From the NCBI GenBank assembly GCA_021432655.1, contig MU271185.1, positions 62,001-126,000 of the forward strand: a stretch of 64,000 nt of DNA, given 5' to 3'. Positions 36,355 through 48,600 of this stretch are shown piece after piece. This stretch comes from Atractiella rhizophila (taxonomy: Eukaryota). Below the pieces are notes generated by a model. The model worked only from the letters and a program-made list of their open reading frames with translations. It did no database searches and was not told the origin of the DNA. Position numbers and translations under genes: made by a program. Positions within the stretch are counted from its first letter, which is position 1; each line of letters opens with the position of its first letter.

Positions 36355-37797
36355 TTTAAAGATCTGTATTTATTGCACGAATCAACTCAATCTACTGAAA
36401 TGTATCACACCGTCTTGAATCTGAATTGTCGAAGTGTGCACCAAAGCTTTACAGTCTCGATTTCGTTGTCCAAGCGAGCTCCAAGATGGATGTGGTACGT
36501 GTTTCATTAGTCCGCTCGAGAGCCATAAGCTTGAATGATGATACTTATCAGAAAGCCAGCAAGGAAGGTCCCGTTAATATGCCAACAACCACAGGCAGTG
36601 ATAAAGTTGTAAAGTGCTCAATAAATCAACTCCTTGTACAGAGGTGCCGGTGACTGTTTCCTTCTCGTGAAAGCTCTAGAGAGGGGGTGGATGCTCGCGG
36701 TACCAGATACCACTGACATAAAACCAAAACGATCTTCGGGCTCATTAGCTCATTCCCGGTTCAAGTTACATAAAATTTGTATAACTTGATTGGCCCGAGG
36801 AAACATACGTAATACTTAAATGCCCCAGCATCTGCCCATATACAATCTTAAGCGCTAAGCAAAAGACGTGGATTCCTGGCGGTGAAGCACTTGGATGAAG
36901 CAACTTTGATGATGGTAACGACCTTTCCAGACTTCAGAGCTATTTGAACAGGATCTGGAGTTATATATCACTCTACCGACGACTTCTAGTGCACCTTTGT
37001 AGTGGCTGGAGGGGTAGAGCGAAATCTCATTTATTTATTCTATATACGCAGTGGATGGATGGATGACTGACCAAAGCACGTGACAGGGTCCGTCAAATTA
37101 GATGGGCTGAGGATGACAGAGGCTACTGAAGTGGGCCGTGTTGCGGTGAGGTGGTGCGTTGTTCCTTTCATTATTTTCAGTCCATCGCAGACCACCAATG
37201 CTGTCTCAGAAACCGAAGTATGTGTACTTCCTGTGTCTTCAATACGCTACCTTTATTCCCACAGGGTCTCCTTGGCACTAAAGCTGCCAGTGCGGTCCTG
37301 CATACCACCCATAAGTATTCTCGTTGAAGAGGACGTGGCTAATTGCGTTGCGTGCTGAGCATAGCGAAACGACACTTACAGCTACGAGTTAAAAGTCAAA
37401 AGGACAACTATAACCTGTCTTCTGCAAAAATTTGCACGCTGTCATAGCGGCTGACATTTTGCCTCTTAATTTTAGTTGGAAGGGTACCTGGTGATATACC
37501 TTTCTCTTCCTCCTTTCTATGTGCTGACCCTTGCTCATCCTGTCAGCATCGCCAGCAATGCCTTCTTATGTAAGGAAATATTCCACCGGAGTTTCTCTAT
37601 ATATTCATGGCATTCCGGCTTTCTGTCCCGCTTCTCGAAATAAAACAAATGACATTAATGACTCCTCACGATCTATAAGACCTTTCGCCAGGCTATCTCA
37701 GAGGTCCATACCCTGATCGGCTTCAGCTTCAGCTTCAAGCCAACAAGAACAGGGATTCCTTCAGCCCAAAAGCCAGGGAAAGGAAGAATCTTCGAAA

Positions 37798-40701
37798 ATG
37801 GTCAACAAATCCCAGTACATAGCAGACCTCGAACCGCCATTCTGCTCCTTGGCAGTCAAGAAGAGCTTCGATGGGTTGACCAGAGAGGAAAAGCTGTATG
37901 CGCATTGGATTTGTTAGTCCTGCCTTCCCTTCTAAATCCTTCGCGTTTATGAGTGTTTCCGGTATACTTATTCGTGCTCATGGACAGCCAAAGCGAGTTG
38001 GGCTGGTGCACGTGTGATAATGGTCCGATTCTCTCTCTATTGGCAATCCTTTCAGAAGGAGCTGGATGAATACAATAGGAACAATGGGCGCCTCACGCCA
38101 ACTCGCTGTACGACTTCCTGATCTTGTTCTTCACCGATCCTTCTACTGGCACCATCTTCGCAGACATGGAGGAAGTTAGAAAAAAGGCTGGCGTGGAGGA
38201 GGACGAGTTCAGGTATTTCGTTGGATGGACAGCGCAGGCTCGTCTTTATCTCCTGCTTGGCGTTCTACAGGCATGCTGATAACACTATGTGGTTCACAGG
38301 TCCTTTCTAATCTCGTGAACTACAAATGTTTTGGCAACACCAAGTTCATTCCTCGCAGTTCACCAACCACAATTGACAAATTGGTCGTCTCTCATCCTGC
38401 AGGCCCCAAACTTTCCGAATACTGGCCAAAGGTACGCAGGCACCATCTTGCTTGCTCAGACATTACCTATCTCTTAGAACTGAAACTCATAATTTTCCAA
38501 ACCAGCTCAAAGAAGTAATTTACTCGCTCGACCCAGAACCAATTCTCCAAATTGGAAAACCATCATCTGGACACCTTTCCAACCTTTATCCCGACTCTCC
38601 AAGCATCAGTGATGCAGAAGTGGAACAAGTTTCTGAACTGATGCGAAAAGAGGGAATTGAGCCACAGAACACTCGGTAGGCACTTTCTCTACTATTCTCT
38701 TGCTCACTTTGGGATAAATGATGACCGATGGGTGTGTCTCAGCTTGAGGAAGGACGGTAATGGACAATTTACCGTTCTGGTTGCTAGTGTAGAGGATGGG
38801 GAACACGAAAAAAGTCCCCTGAAAGGGGAATCCCTGGAAGTAAAAGTCCAACTGGGTTCGCTATTCTACTCCTTTCATCTCACCTCATGCAGACAATGCT
38901 CATAAATAGGTGTGAATAGGTGATTACAAGGACTCAATGGCCAAGGTCGTCTCCTTCCTCGAAGAGGCAGTCAAATGGGCCAGTACGTCTCCCTCCCTTG
39001 ACCACGAACTTTGATTCATCCCAAATCACAGAGGATGAGAATCAGGCTAGGATGTTGAAAGACTACATCACCTCCTTCCGAACGGGTTCTATGTCGGCCC
39101 ATCGTGAAGGCTCCAAGAAATGGGTCACAGACATCGGCCCAGTCGTGGAGAGCTATATCGGGTTTGTCGAGAAATATTTAGACCCGTACGGCACGAGGGC
39201 AGAGTGGGAAGGCTTCGTAGCTGTCGTCGATGTATGCATCACCTCTCCTTTAAAACACATGATGGCAACTCATTGGGAAATAGAAAGAGCAAAGCAAGCT
39301 CTTCAAGCAAATGGTCGATGAGGCACCTGAATTGATTCAGGTCCTTCCTTGGGGAAAAGATTTCGAAGTGGACGAATTCAAAAAGCCTGATTTCACCTCT
39401 TTAGAGATACTCTCTTTCGCAACTGGCGACATCCCAGCAGGAATTAGTCCGTCTTCTCTCTTCATCTCGAAAGCCATTGTGAGAGAGTATGTAACGCGGA
39501 GCAGACATCCCCAACTACCCCGACATCCGTCAGAGTCTAGGATTCAAAAACGTCTCCTTGGGGAACGTGACTGGCGCTTCTGCACCGACCGAACCCAACA
39601 CCTTCATTGCCCCAGAAGACGATGCGCTGTTTAACGAATGGAAGAAAAAGTCATGGGCAATGCAGGTTGCATGCCATGAGCTTTTGGGTATGTCAATGAT
39701 GTCCAACCTTCTGGTCCCCATAAACCACACATGTGATGGTGGTCACAGGTCATGGAACTGGCAAACTCTTAACAGAAGACAAGGATGGGACCCTCAACTT
39801 CGACGTAGAGAATGTGCTCAATCCGATCACGAAAGGAAAAGTTAAGACGTGGTATAAATTCGGCGAAACATGGAGTACCTTTGGAGGAGAAATCAGCTCG
39901 AGTTTCGAAGAGTGTCGGGCTGAGGCCGTGGCGCTTTTCTGTTCGTCATACCCGTCTATGCTTTTCCTCAAAACGAACGAGAGAACTTACGGCCTGTCCC
40001 GGGATAGTGGCGAATGATAAACGCATTGCAAAGATATTTGGTCTTGCGACTGAAGAAGAGGTGGAACTGATGCAGTATACGACCTTCTTGGGAATGTGTC
40101 GTTCTGGCCTCCGTGCCCTCCAGTGGTATGATACCAAGACAAAGAAACATGGTCAAGCGCACATGCAAGCCAGATGCGGGATCTTAGTTCGTCTTTCCCG
40201 TCCTGGACCTTGGCCTTCTCTACCCTTGTATGGATGCAGGCTAAACAAGCGGGATGCAGAAATGGATGCACTCGAAGGGCATTGTCACTCTGGAGGAGAA
40301 GCATGATGCGGATGGCACCTTGATAGATGTTTACCTCAGGATCGATCGAGAAAATTTGAAGAAGAATGGCCAAAAAGTAGCTGGAGATCTCTTGCTCCTC
40401 CTTGGAATCTACAAGTCGACTGCAGATCCCACGGCGAAGAGCTTTTACCAAGATCTAACGACCCCTCACGAGAAATGGCAAACCGAGCTAAGGGACCTTG
40501 TTGTACGCCGCCTCGCTAGCTATTTTGGTGATCCGCGAAGTCAATGCTAACTTTTTGATTCTCATCTAGTTGAAGAAAAAGGTTCCGAGGAAGATTTTTG
40601 TGCAGGATAATACGTTCGTCAAGCATGGTGAGGCAATTCTAAAGGAATACGAACTCTCTGCCAAAGGGGCTATTCAAAGTTTTATTGAAAGGGGTCTTTA
40701 A
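37798..40701 (+). CDS. DPP3: Dipeptidyl peptidase III, copy 2
   Basis: Collinear with copy 1 with the same intron positions. HELLGH, EECRAE and HMQAR are retained. One donor is GC instead of GT (38238). Confidence 0.88.
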
Positions 40702-40759
40702 ACAAATGTCCGGTTTTTTTGCATCAATTAACTGAAATACAAGGCGCAATTTTGAAATG

Positions 40760-41764
40760 GCATTATCAAAGTAAAGTTCAAGGGAACTTTCAGAACAGCA
40801 AGGCCAAAGCACAGCAGGACTCTTGACAGTCGTAGTCAAGTTGAAAGCGGTTAATGTCTCAGTCTTGTCAAGGGCCGTAGTGCTGGCGATTGTCAGCGAA
40901 ACAGGTTGATCAGTAACGAAGGTGCTCTTACAATGTAGTCGAAAGTTCCAATTCCTTTTTCTTCCTTTCCCCCCACTTCGCCACCAACTACCTTCGCTGA
41001 ATATCTAGCGTAGGGCACGTCGTTTCCGCCTGCATTCGCCAGCAGAGCACTAAGCTTCACTAAGCGTGTGTATCATCTTCAAGTAGTCAAACCTACCTCT
41101 TTGCTTCGAAGTGCCACGTTTTTCCTTCTTCCGAGATAGTTATCTTCATTCCATGCTCCGCTTTTGTTCCATTGTCCGTCGGGAACCCTGTTTCGTGGGG
41201 TTTCGTCTTCCATATGTCCCCAACGAGTTCAAGTTGAAATTTCAACTTGCTCGAACCATTAGAGGAGCAATAGTTGATGAGATCTTCGTTTGGTCTGGCA
41301 AGGTACACGTAAACGTGGTAATCGCTCGGATCCATTGATGTCGTCGTATCCTCTTTCTCGAGGTGACTGAAAACGATGACCGTGTAAGAGGGGAGGGCAA
41401 AGCGTCCCCAAATCCATCTATTGACAAAGGTAGGAACGGGCTTAAGCCCAAAAATGAGATCATGATAAGCTGAGCCGCTGAACTTTGCCAACCCAGTAAG
41501 CCCGTGAAACATTTGGTCTAAATAGCAACTTACGGCATAGGATCGTCCTCTGTAGCTCAACGATAATCTGCCTGGACCCCGAGGAAGAGGAGGAAACCAT
41601 CCCAAGTTCGGAGACATGAGGTTTATCGGCGGAGAAAACGACGGCTTCAAGGAACTGGAAATCTCTCAGCACAGGGTGACTGCCCAGAATGTCAGCAGGC
41701 ATACGGGTCCCTAGGCAGCCGTCCTGGCGCATTCACAGAAGTCGAGAATTCAAACTTTCCTTCA
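40760..41764 (-). pseudogene. 5'-truncated copy of the Diels-Alderase/AsqO-like gene
   Basis: ORF 41093-41650 is near-identical to 43482-44045, but everything upstream of the duplication junction is missing. Small indels occur near the 3' end. Confidence 0.8.
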
Positions 41765-41775
41765 AAAAAAAAAAA

Positions 41776-43092
41776 GACGAATTCAAAAAGCCTGATTTCA
41801 CGTCTTTAGAGATACTCTCTTTCGCAACTGGCGACATCCCAGCAGGAATTAGTCCGTCTTCTCTCTTCATCTCGCAAAGACATAGTGAGAGAGTATGTAA
41901 CACGGAGCAGACATCCCCAACTACCCCGACATCCGTCAGAGTCTAGGATTCAAAAACGTCTCCTTGGGGAACGTGACTGGCGCTTCTGCACCGACCGAAC
42001 CCAACACCTTCATTGCCCCAGAAGACGATGCGCTGTTCAACGAATGGAAGAAAAAGTCATGGGAAATGCAGGTTGCATGTCATGAGCTTTTGGGTATGTC
42101 AATGATGTCCAACTTTCTGCTCCCTATAAACCATACGTGATGGTCACAGGTCATGGAACTGGCAAACTCTTAACAGAAGACAAGGATGGGACCCTCAACT
42201 TCGACGTAGAGAACGTGCTCAATCCAATCACGAAAGGAAAAGTTAAGACGTGGTATAAGTCCGGCGAAACCTGGAGTACCTTTGGAGGAGAAATCAGCTC
42301 GAGTTTCGAAGAGTGTCGGGCTGAGGCCGTGGCTCTTTTCTGTCCGTCATCACCTATCTACGCTTTTCCTCAAAACCAACGAGAGAACTTACGGCCTGTC
42401 CCGGGGATAGTGGCGAATGATAAACGCATTGCAAAGATATTTGGTCTTGAGACTGAAGAAGAGGTGGAACTGATGCAGTATACGACCTTCTTGGGAATGT
42501 GTCGTTCTGGCCTCCGTGCCCTGCAGTGGTATGATACCAAGACAAAGAAACATGGACAAGCGCACATGCAAGCCAGATGCGGGATCTTGGTTCGTCGTTC
42601 CCGTCCTGGACCTTGGCCTCCTCTACCCTTGTATGGATGCAGGCTAACCAAGCGGGATGCAGAAATGGACGCACTCGAAGGGCATTGTCAATCTGGAGGA
42701 GAAGCATGATGCGGATGGCACCTTGATAGATGTTTACATCAAGATCGACCGAGAAAATTTGAAGAAGAATGGCCAAAAAGTAGCTGGAGATCTCTTGCTC
42801 CTCCTTGGAATCTACAAGTCGACTGCAGATCCCACAGCGAAGAGCTTTTACCAAAATCTAACGACCCCTCACGAGAAATGGCAAACCGAGCTAAGGGACC
42901 TTGTTGTACGCTATTTTGTTGATCCGCGAAGTCAATGCTAACTTTTTGATTCTCATCTAGTTGAAGAAAAAGGTTCCGAGGAAGATTTTTGTGCAGGATA
43001 ATACTTTCGTCCAGCATGGCGAGGCAATTCTTAAGGAATACGAACTCTCTGCCAAAGGGGCCATTCAAAGTTTTATTGAAAGGGGTCTTTAA
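41776..43092 (+). pseudogene. 5'-truncated dipeptidyl peptidase III, copy 3
   Basis: Starts abruptly at DEFKKPDFTSLE after a 12-A run, with no promoter or N-terminal half. Introns are retained. Confidence 0.85.
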
Positions 43093-43156
43093 ACAAATAT
43101 CCGGTTTTTTTGCATCAATTAACTGAAATACAAGGCGCAATTTTGAAATGGCATTA

Positions 43157-44760
43157 TCAAAGTAAAAGTTCAAGGGAACTTTCAGAACAGCAAGGCCAAA
43201 GCACAGCAGGACTCTTGACAGTCTTAGTCAAGCAGAAAGCTTTTAATGTCTCAGTCTTGTCAAGGACCGTAGTGCTGGCGATTATCAGCGAAACAAGGTT
43301 GATCAGCAACGAAAGTGCTCTTACGATGTAGTCAAAAGTTCCAATTCCTTTTTCTTCCTTTCCCCCCACTTCGCCACCAACTACCATCGCTGAATATCTA
43401 GCGTAGGGCACGTCGTTTCCGCCTGCATTCGCCAGCAGAGCACTAAGCCTCACTAAGCGTGTGTGTATCATCTTCAAGTAGTCAAACGTACCTCTTTGCT
43501 TCGAAGTGCCACGTTTTTCCTTCTTCCGAAATAGTTATCTTCATTCCATGCTCCCCTTTTGTTCCATCGTCCGTCGGGAACCCTGTTTCGTGGGGTTTCG
43601 TCTTCCATATGTCCCCAACGAGTTCAAGGTGAAATTTCAACTTGTTCGAACCATTAGAGAAGCAATAGTTGATGAGGTCTTCGTTTGGTCTGGCCAGGTA
43701 CACGTACACGTGGTAATCGCTCGGATCCATTGACGTCGTCGTGTCCTCCTTCTCGAGGTGACTGAAAACGATGACCGTATAAGAGGGGAGGGCAAAGCGT
43801 CCCCAAATCCATCTATTGACAAAGGTAGGAACGGGCTTAAGCCCGAAAATGAGATCATGATAAGCTGAGCCGCTGAACTTTGCCAACCCAGTGAGCCCGT
43901 GAAACATTTCGTCTAAGTAGCAACTTACAGCATAGGATCGTCCTCTGTAGCTCAACGATAATCTTCCTGGACCTCGAGGAAGAGGAGGAAACCATCCCAA
44001 GTTCGGAGACAGGAGGTTTATCGGCGGAGAAAACGACGGCTTCAAGGAACTGGAAATCTCTCAGCACAGGGTGACTGCCCAGGATGTCAGCATGCATACT
44101 GGTCCCTAGGAAGCCGTCCTGGCGCATTTACAGAAGTCGAGAATTCAAACTTTCCTTCAGCCAGAGGGGTTGTAAATCTAATAATGAGTTAGCTGCAAGA
44201 GAGTTTTCTAAGGAAAGACGGACGAGCCATTGTACTGATTATTTAGAGACCTTGTCCAGCGTCCAGCTCCTTTCCAAACTGCGTTGTTACTGGTGATGGT
44301 TGGTGGATCAGTAGATGGTTGGAACTCGTTAAACCGCGTGCCATCAGAGAATGTGCCAGTCACCCCTACAAAATACGCCGGAGGAAGACCTGCAGCGGGA
44401 GGGTAGCTAGCGAAATATACCACTAGTCGCCATTAGCAAGAAAAAAATGGGAATGACTGCAGTTGCCTTGGAATGTGTTAACAGGGTCATCACCAATCAA
44501 CTATGAACGTTGTTAGACGCCGAACAGGGTGAGGTAAGTGCAGTTACTTCAAAGTACCAACCGCTGAAAGGACCTAGCTTGACATCGTCCAGACTTGCAG
44601 GAGGTAAAGGAACAAAAGGTCCATCAAGAGAAAACGGAAAGTCGCCCATCTTGGCTGGCTACCACGATGAAAGAAACCGTTACCTCTGGCTTTTATACAG
44701 AGGGCTTTAGATGGATGTGGCTGTCTCGATTCTCCGATTTGATTGGATTCTAGACACCCA
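43157..44760 (-). CDS. Lipocalin-like double beta-barrel protein (Diels-Alderase-N / AsqO-PenF / CrtC-like)
   Basis: GPFSGWYFEVTA (compare xWWYFD), FSGSAYHD, VNRWIWGRF, and C-terminal YARYSAMVVGGEVGG...GIGTFDY. The 5' exons are uncertain. Confidence 0.55.
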
Positions 44761-45649
44761 AGCATCTTGTAGGACCGCAAGCTTCCGTAGAGAGTGCCGC
44801 AAAATCACCATCAATCAACCGGGAGCCCTCACGCACCTTCAGGAGTTTCGGAAAGAAAGGAGACGATGTGCCTGCAACTTCGCCCTAAATTCGGGCTCGC
44901 GTAGAGGTCAAAACCTTTGTTCTATCAGCTCCATCTTTGAGGCAAATAATGCCATCAAAACTTATGAGTGCGCCACCATCCGAGTTAGTTCGCGACCTGG
45001 GGAGTCGAGAATGCCGATGGTAAAGCTGTCTTTATCAAATCCGAAGTTATAACGAAAATCTCAAGAGCCACGGGTCGCCTTCGTTCCCTTTATTGGGTGT
45101 GCTCGTTCTTGCCATGCCCACTTGAGACTCATGTGAACAATTTGAAGGTTTCAACATGAGGACTTGATATTCGTAGTAGTGAGTCTATGGGTAGGATAGC
45201 AGAGGACAGGCCACTTACATCGTTGTGCATCGTTCAACGTCAGTGCAGGATAATTTACATCCCAACTTTCATGTTCCTTGATGAATACATATAAATATGA
45301 CTTCAAGAACATTTCCACATCATGACTGATAGCGGTATGCAAGAATCAGGACGAAGAAAAATGGAAGCTTTACCCATTTGATATAGTTTGCTGGTGCATA
45401 CACATCGTTTGCGTCAACTCGATGTTTTTCATTAGAACTAGTTGACTGTAGAGCAAGATTGGAAAGAGGAGTTTAGAATCCAGGTTTCATTCGGCAAACT
45501 GATCCAGGGGCATTGGTTTTTACCTAGAGTGCAGGAATTCGTTGCAAATCGTACGGATGCGAGGGTACAGATCATGCGAAATATAAATAATGCAAGGACA
45601 GCTTCGACCGAAGTGTGTGTGGCTGAAGTGATCGAGGTTGGCTAGGAGA

Positions 45650-48600
45650 TCAATACGGAGTATCAATACTCTCAGCGTCGCTTTCCTCGTCAGCGAAGAG
45701 CGGTCTTGCTTCTGCTTCGTATCTCGATGAGATTTCCCGCGACATCCAATCCTGGTCTTCATTTTCAATGCTGAAACCCTGACTGCCTTGAAAGCTAAGT
45801 GCGACGGGCAAAAACACGAGACCATGAAGAGCCCCCGAGATGATGAGAGTGAGCCACATACGAACATAATAGACCTGTAGTCAGGTTCAAACGAGGGGAG
45901 GAAGCGGGATAACGTTACATACTTGGAGCAACTGTGACTTCGTTAACGAGAGGATGGCAATGCCAACTAGTTTCGTAAGAGTGATTCCAGAGAACACCTA
46001 TCATCCTGTCAGTGGATTACCATCGGGCAAGCAGCACCTACGGAAGGACCAACGTCAATCAGAGCAATGTATGCTCTTTCATCTCGATCCCTTTCAGCCG
46101 AGGGATGTCCAAAGGGGAGACCACCTCCCAAAGCCCCCATAAAAGCTCTTGCAATGTGACAGCAGAACTCGAAGGCGATTCCAACAGAGATGACAAGATT
46201 GACCAAGCTGATACCATTCAAGCTGACGCCCCACACACCCATTACTCCTAGAATATTTACCACCGTCATGAGAACAGTAATGCAGATTACCGCTGACGTT
46301 CTCCAGGATCCAAGAAGAACGCTTGAAACAATGAGAATGCTGAGGAGGGCGAAAGCCAGGACTTGGCGTGTCGTGGGAAGAATGTACGAATATTGATCGA
46401 AGAAGACGTAGAAGAGGGAGTAGGGAAAGACATGAGCGCCAATCTGCTCAGAGAGATCTTCGGAAATGCGTTGTGACGCGGCCATAGCGTTTATAAAATC
46501 GTCTTGGGTCTTCAGCGAAGAGTGGTAAGTGCGAAAGTGTGACAGAGCGACTTCGCCTTCGCTAGTTAGCTTAACTGAAGTTGAATACGACGCTCTTCCT
46601 CCAAGAGGACAATCGGCATCAGTAGGTGAAGTGATCCATTGTTGTATGAAGGAGGAGAACTCAGCTCCAACTGGCAAGCCCTCCATCGTAATGTTCCAGC
46701 CTGGCTCTCTATCCTCGTAGCAAGGCTTGCAAGTAAATGGAGAGTCACGCGGAGTACAGAATTGATTGGGATTCCGCTTTTTGATCCTGCAGCAAGTATC
46801 TATAGCCGGGTTTAGCCACTGAAAGAAGTCGTCGACCCATACAGCTGGCGGTTCGACGATAAAAGAAGACTCTGGTCGTTTTCTCTCCGCCTCTAGCACA
46901 TTCGCCACTGAAAACTCGTCGCATGTTGAAAATCGGCCACACAGGGATTGCTGTCCTTGGCGCGTGGTAGTGTCCACACCTTCGACCACAAAGTAAACGG
47001 GCGGCCCGACGTCAAGATACGTATCAACCGCATTGAAGTAATCGATGAGGTAAGATTCTCGGGGAAGTGGCAGCCTTTGGTCTGTACTCCTCGAATTAGT
47101 GCAAGCCGAACTCGACTTTAAGTAGCATACCTAGACCCAAAGTGATGTGTCTCGCTCCAATCCAAGAAAGGACGAAGAGGCCGCTGAAGATTATCAACAC
47201 AAAGTATTTGACTTGACGAATCAGCAGGGCTGGTGCGAAGACATTTTTCATGATCCAAGTCAGGACGCTGTCACCGGATCCCGAGAGCATTTCAGCAGGT
47301 GAGAGCGAGGGCAATTTCAAGAATGGCAAGACATCAAGTCTGTTAGCCTGCCAGCTATTCAGATCGAATGAAACTAGGGGAGGAAGTGTGACATACTTCG
47401 ATCCTCTTCAAATCGAGGGCCATCACGGCAACAAAAACAGTGATCTGGAGAATAGTGTTGATGGCCACAGCACCTGCTGCATAAATGGCGAAGTTTCGAA
47501 CGGCGGGCATACCAACGAGGACGCCTAAACTAAAAGCAATGGTCTCGCACGCTGCTCCCAAAAGGATCGAAGGTCCCATCCGAGCTAGTGATCTTGCCAC
47601 CCGTTCCTCCGCTGACGGTAATCCTTCCAGCTCGTCGTCATCCTCATCTCCGTCCATAGCCGTTGGAACCATGCCCTGTCTAGCGATGGCGGCGTAAGCT
47701 TTCGCATTCTGGCGCTCGAGCTCATGAACCAAAATAAAGACATTGTCCACGCCGATTGCAAGCACGAGGAAGGGAATCACCTCGGCGATGATGAGAGTGA
47801 CTTTGACTCCAATCAGAGAGAACACAGCTACTGAAGTTGAAACGGAAAGAAGAACAATGACGATGCCCCAAAGACCAAGGCTAAGCTTTGACTCCACGAG
47901 TAGGCGACGCCGTAGCCATTTCCCACTGAATCCACGAAGCGATCCCACAACGGAGCGGGTGATGGAGCCTGAACGGTTTCGTCCTCGAGCGTCGTTGCCG
48001 GAACTGGGAAGGAGGGACCGAGCTCCGTCGTAGAATGCCCTTAAAATTGCCCCACCTGTTCCTCCAAGGCTGAAAGAAACATATAAGAACATAACCACAT
48101 AACTGAGAACGACGATGGGGACATCCGTGTTGCTGGATTTATTGAGCTCCTCCTCCAAAGAGATCTCGGTGGAGAACGCAATAGCTAATCCGACATCTTT
48201 CGCCTTATATTCAGATAGCTCCTCTAGATAAGTCCTCAAGACGGTTTCCCATTCCTCCGCTTTCGCAATTTGATCAGGATCGAGTGAGTTGTTGAGAATG
48301 AACGAGACGATCAAAGCTCTAGCCTCTGTCGCCTTCAACAATCCGGTTGACGTATCTCGTGGGATATCTCCCATGACGAGTTTCGGGATTAACGGTGCTC
48401 CACTGGGAGCCAGGCAGTCGACATCTCCAGGCATGTTAGCGCAGTCATTTAGCTTTTCGCTCCATCCTTCCTCCCCAACAGTCTCCACGCTTCCACCAAA
48501 GAAGCCCAAAATCGACTGTACGACGCATGGGTCAGAGTCCATTGGAGCATCTGGATAGGTCGAAGGGGAGAAGCAGACGTCGTTGAGAGAAATGCCGGAT

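Larger units (their letters stand above)
39371..44159. repeat. Young ~2.4-kb tandem duplication (39371-41764 and 41776-44159) with an A-tract at the junction
   Basis: Both units start gacgaattcaaaaagcctg and end gaattcaaactttccttca. Exons, introns and intergenic DNA are highly similar. Confidence 0.95.

Noticed and set aside
41764..41776. Poly(A) tail of a processed DPP3 retrocopy
   Set aside because: The A-run is at the 5' side of the DPP3 fragment, and the duplicated segment retains introns and intergenic DNA.
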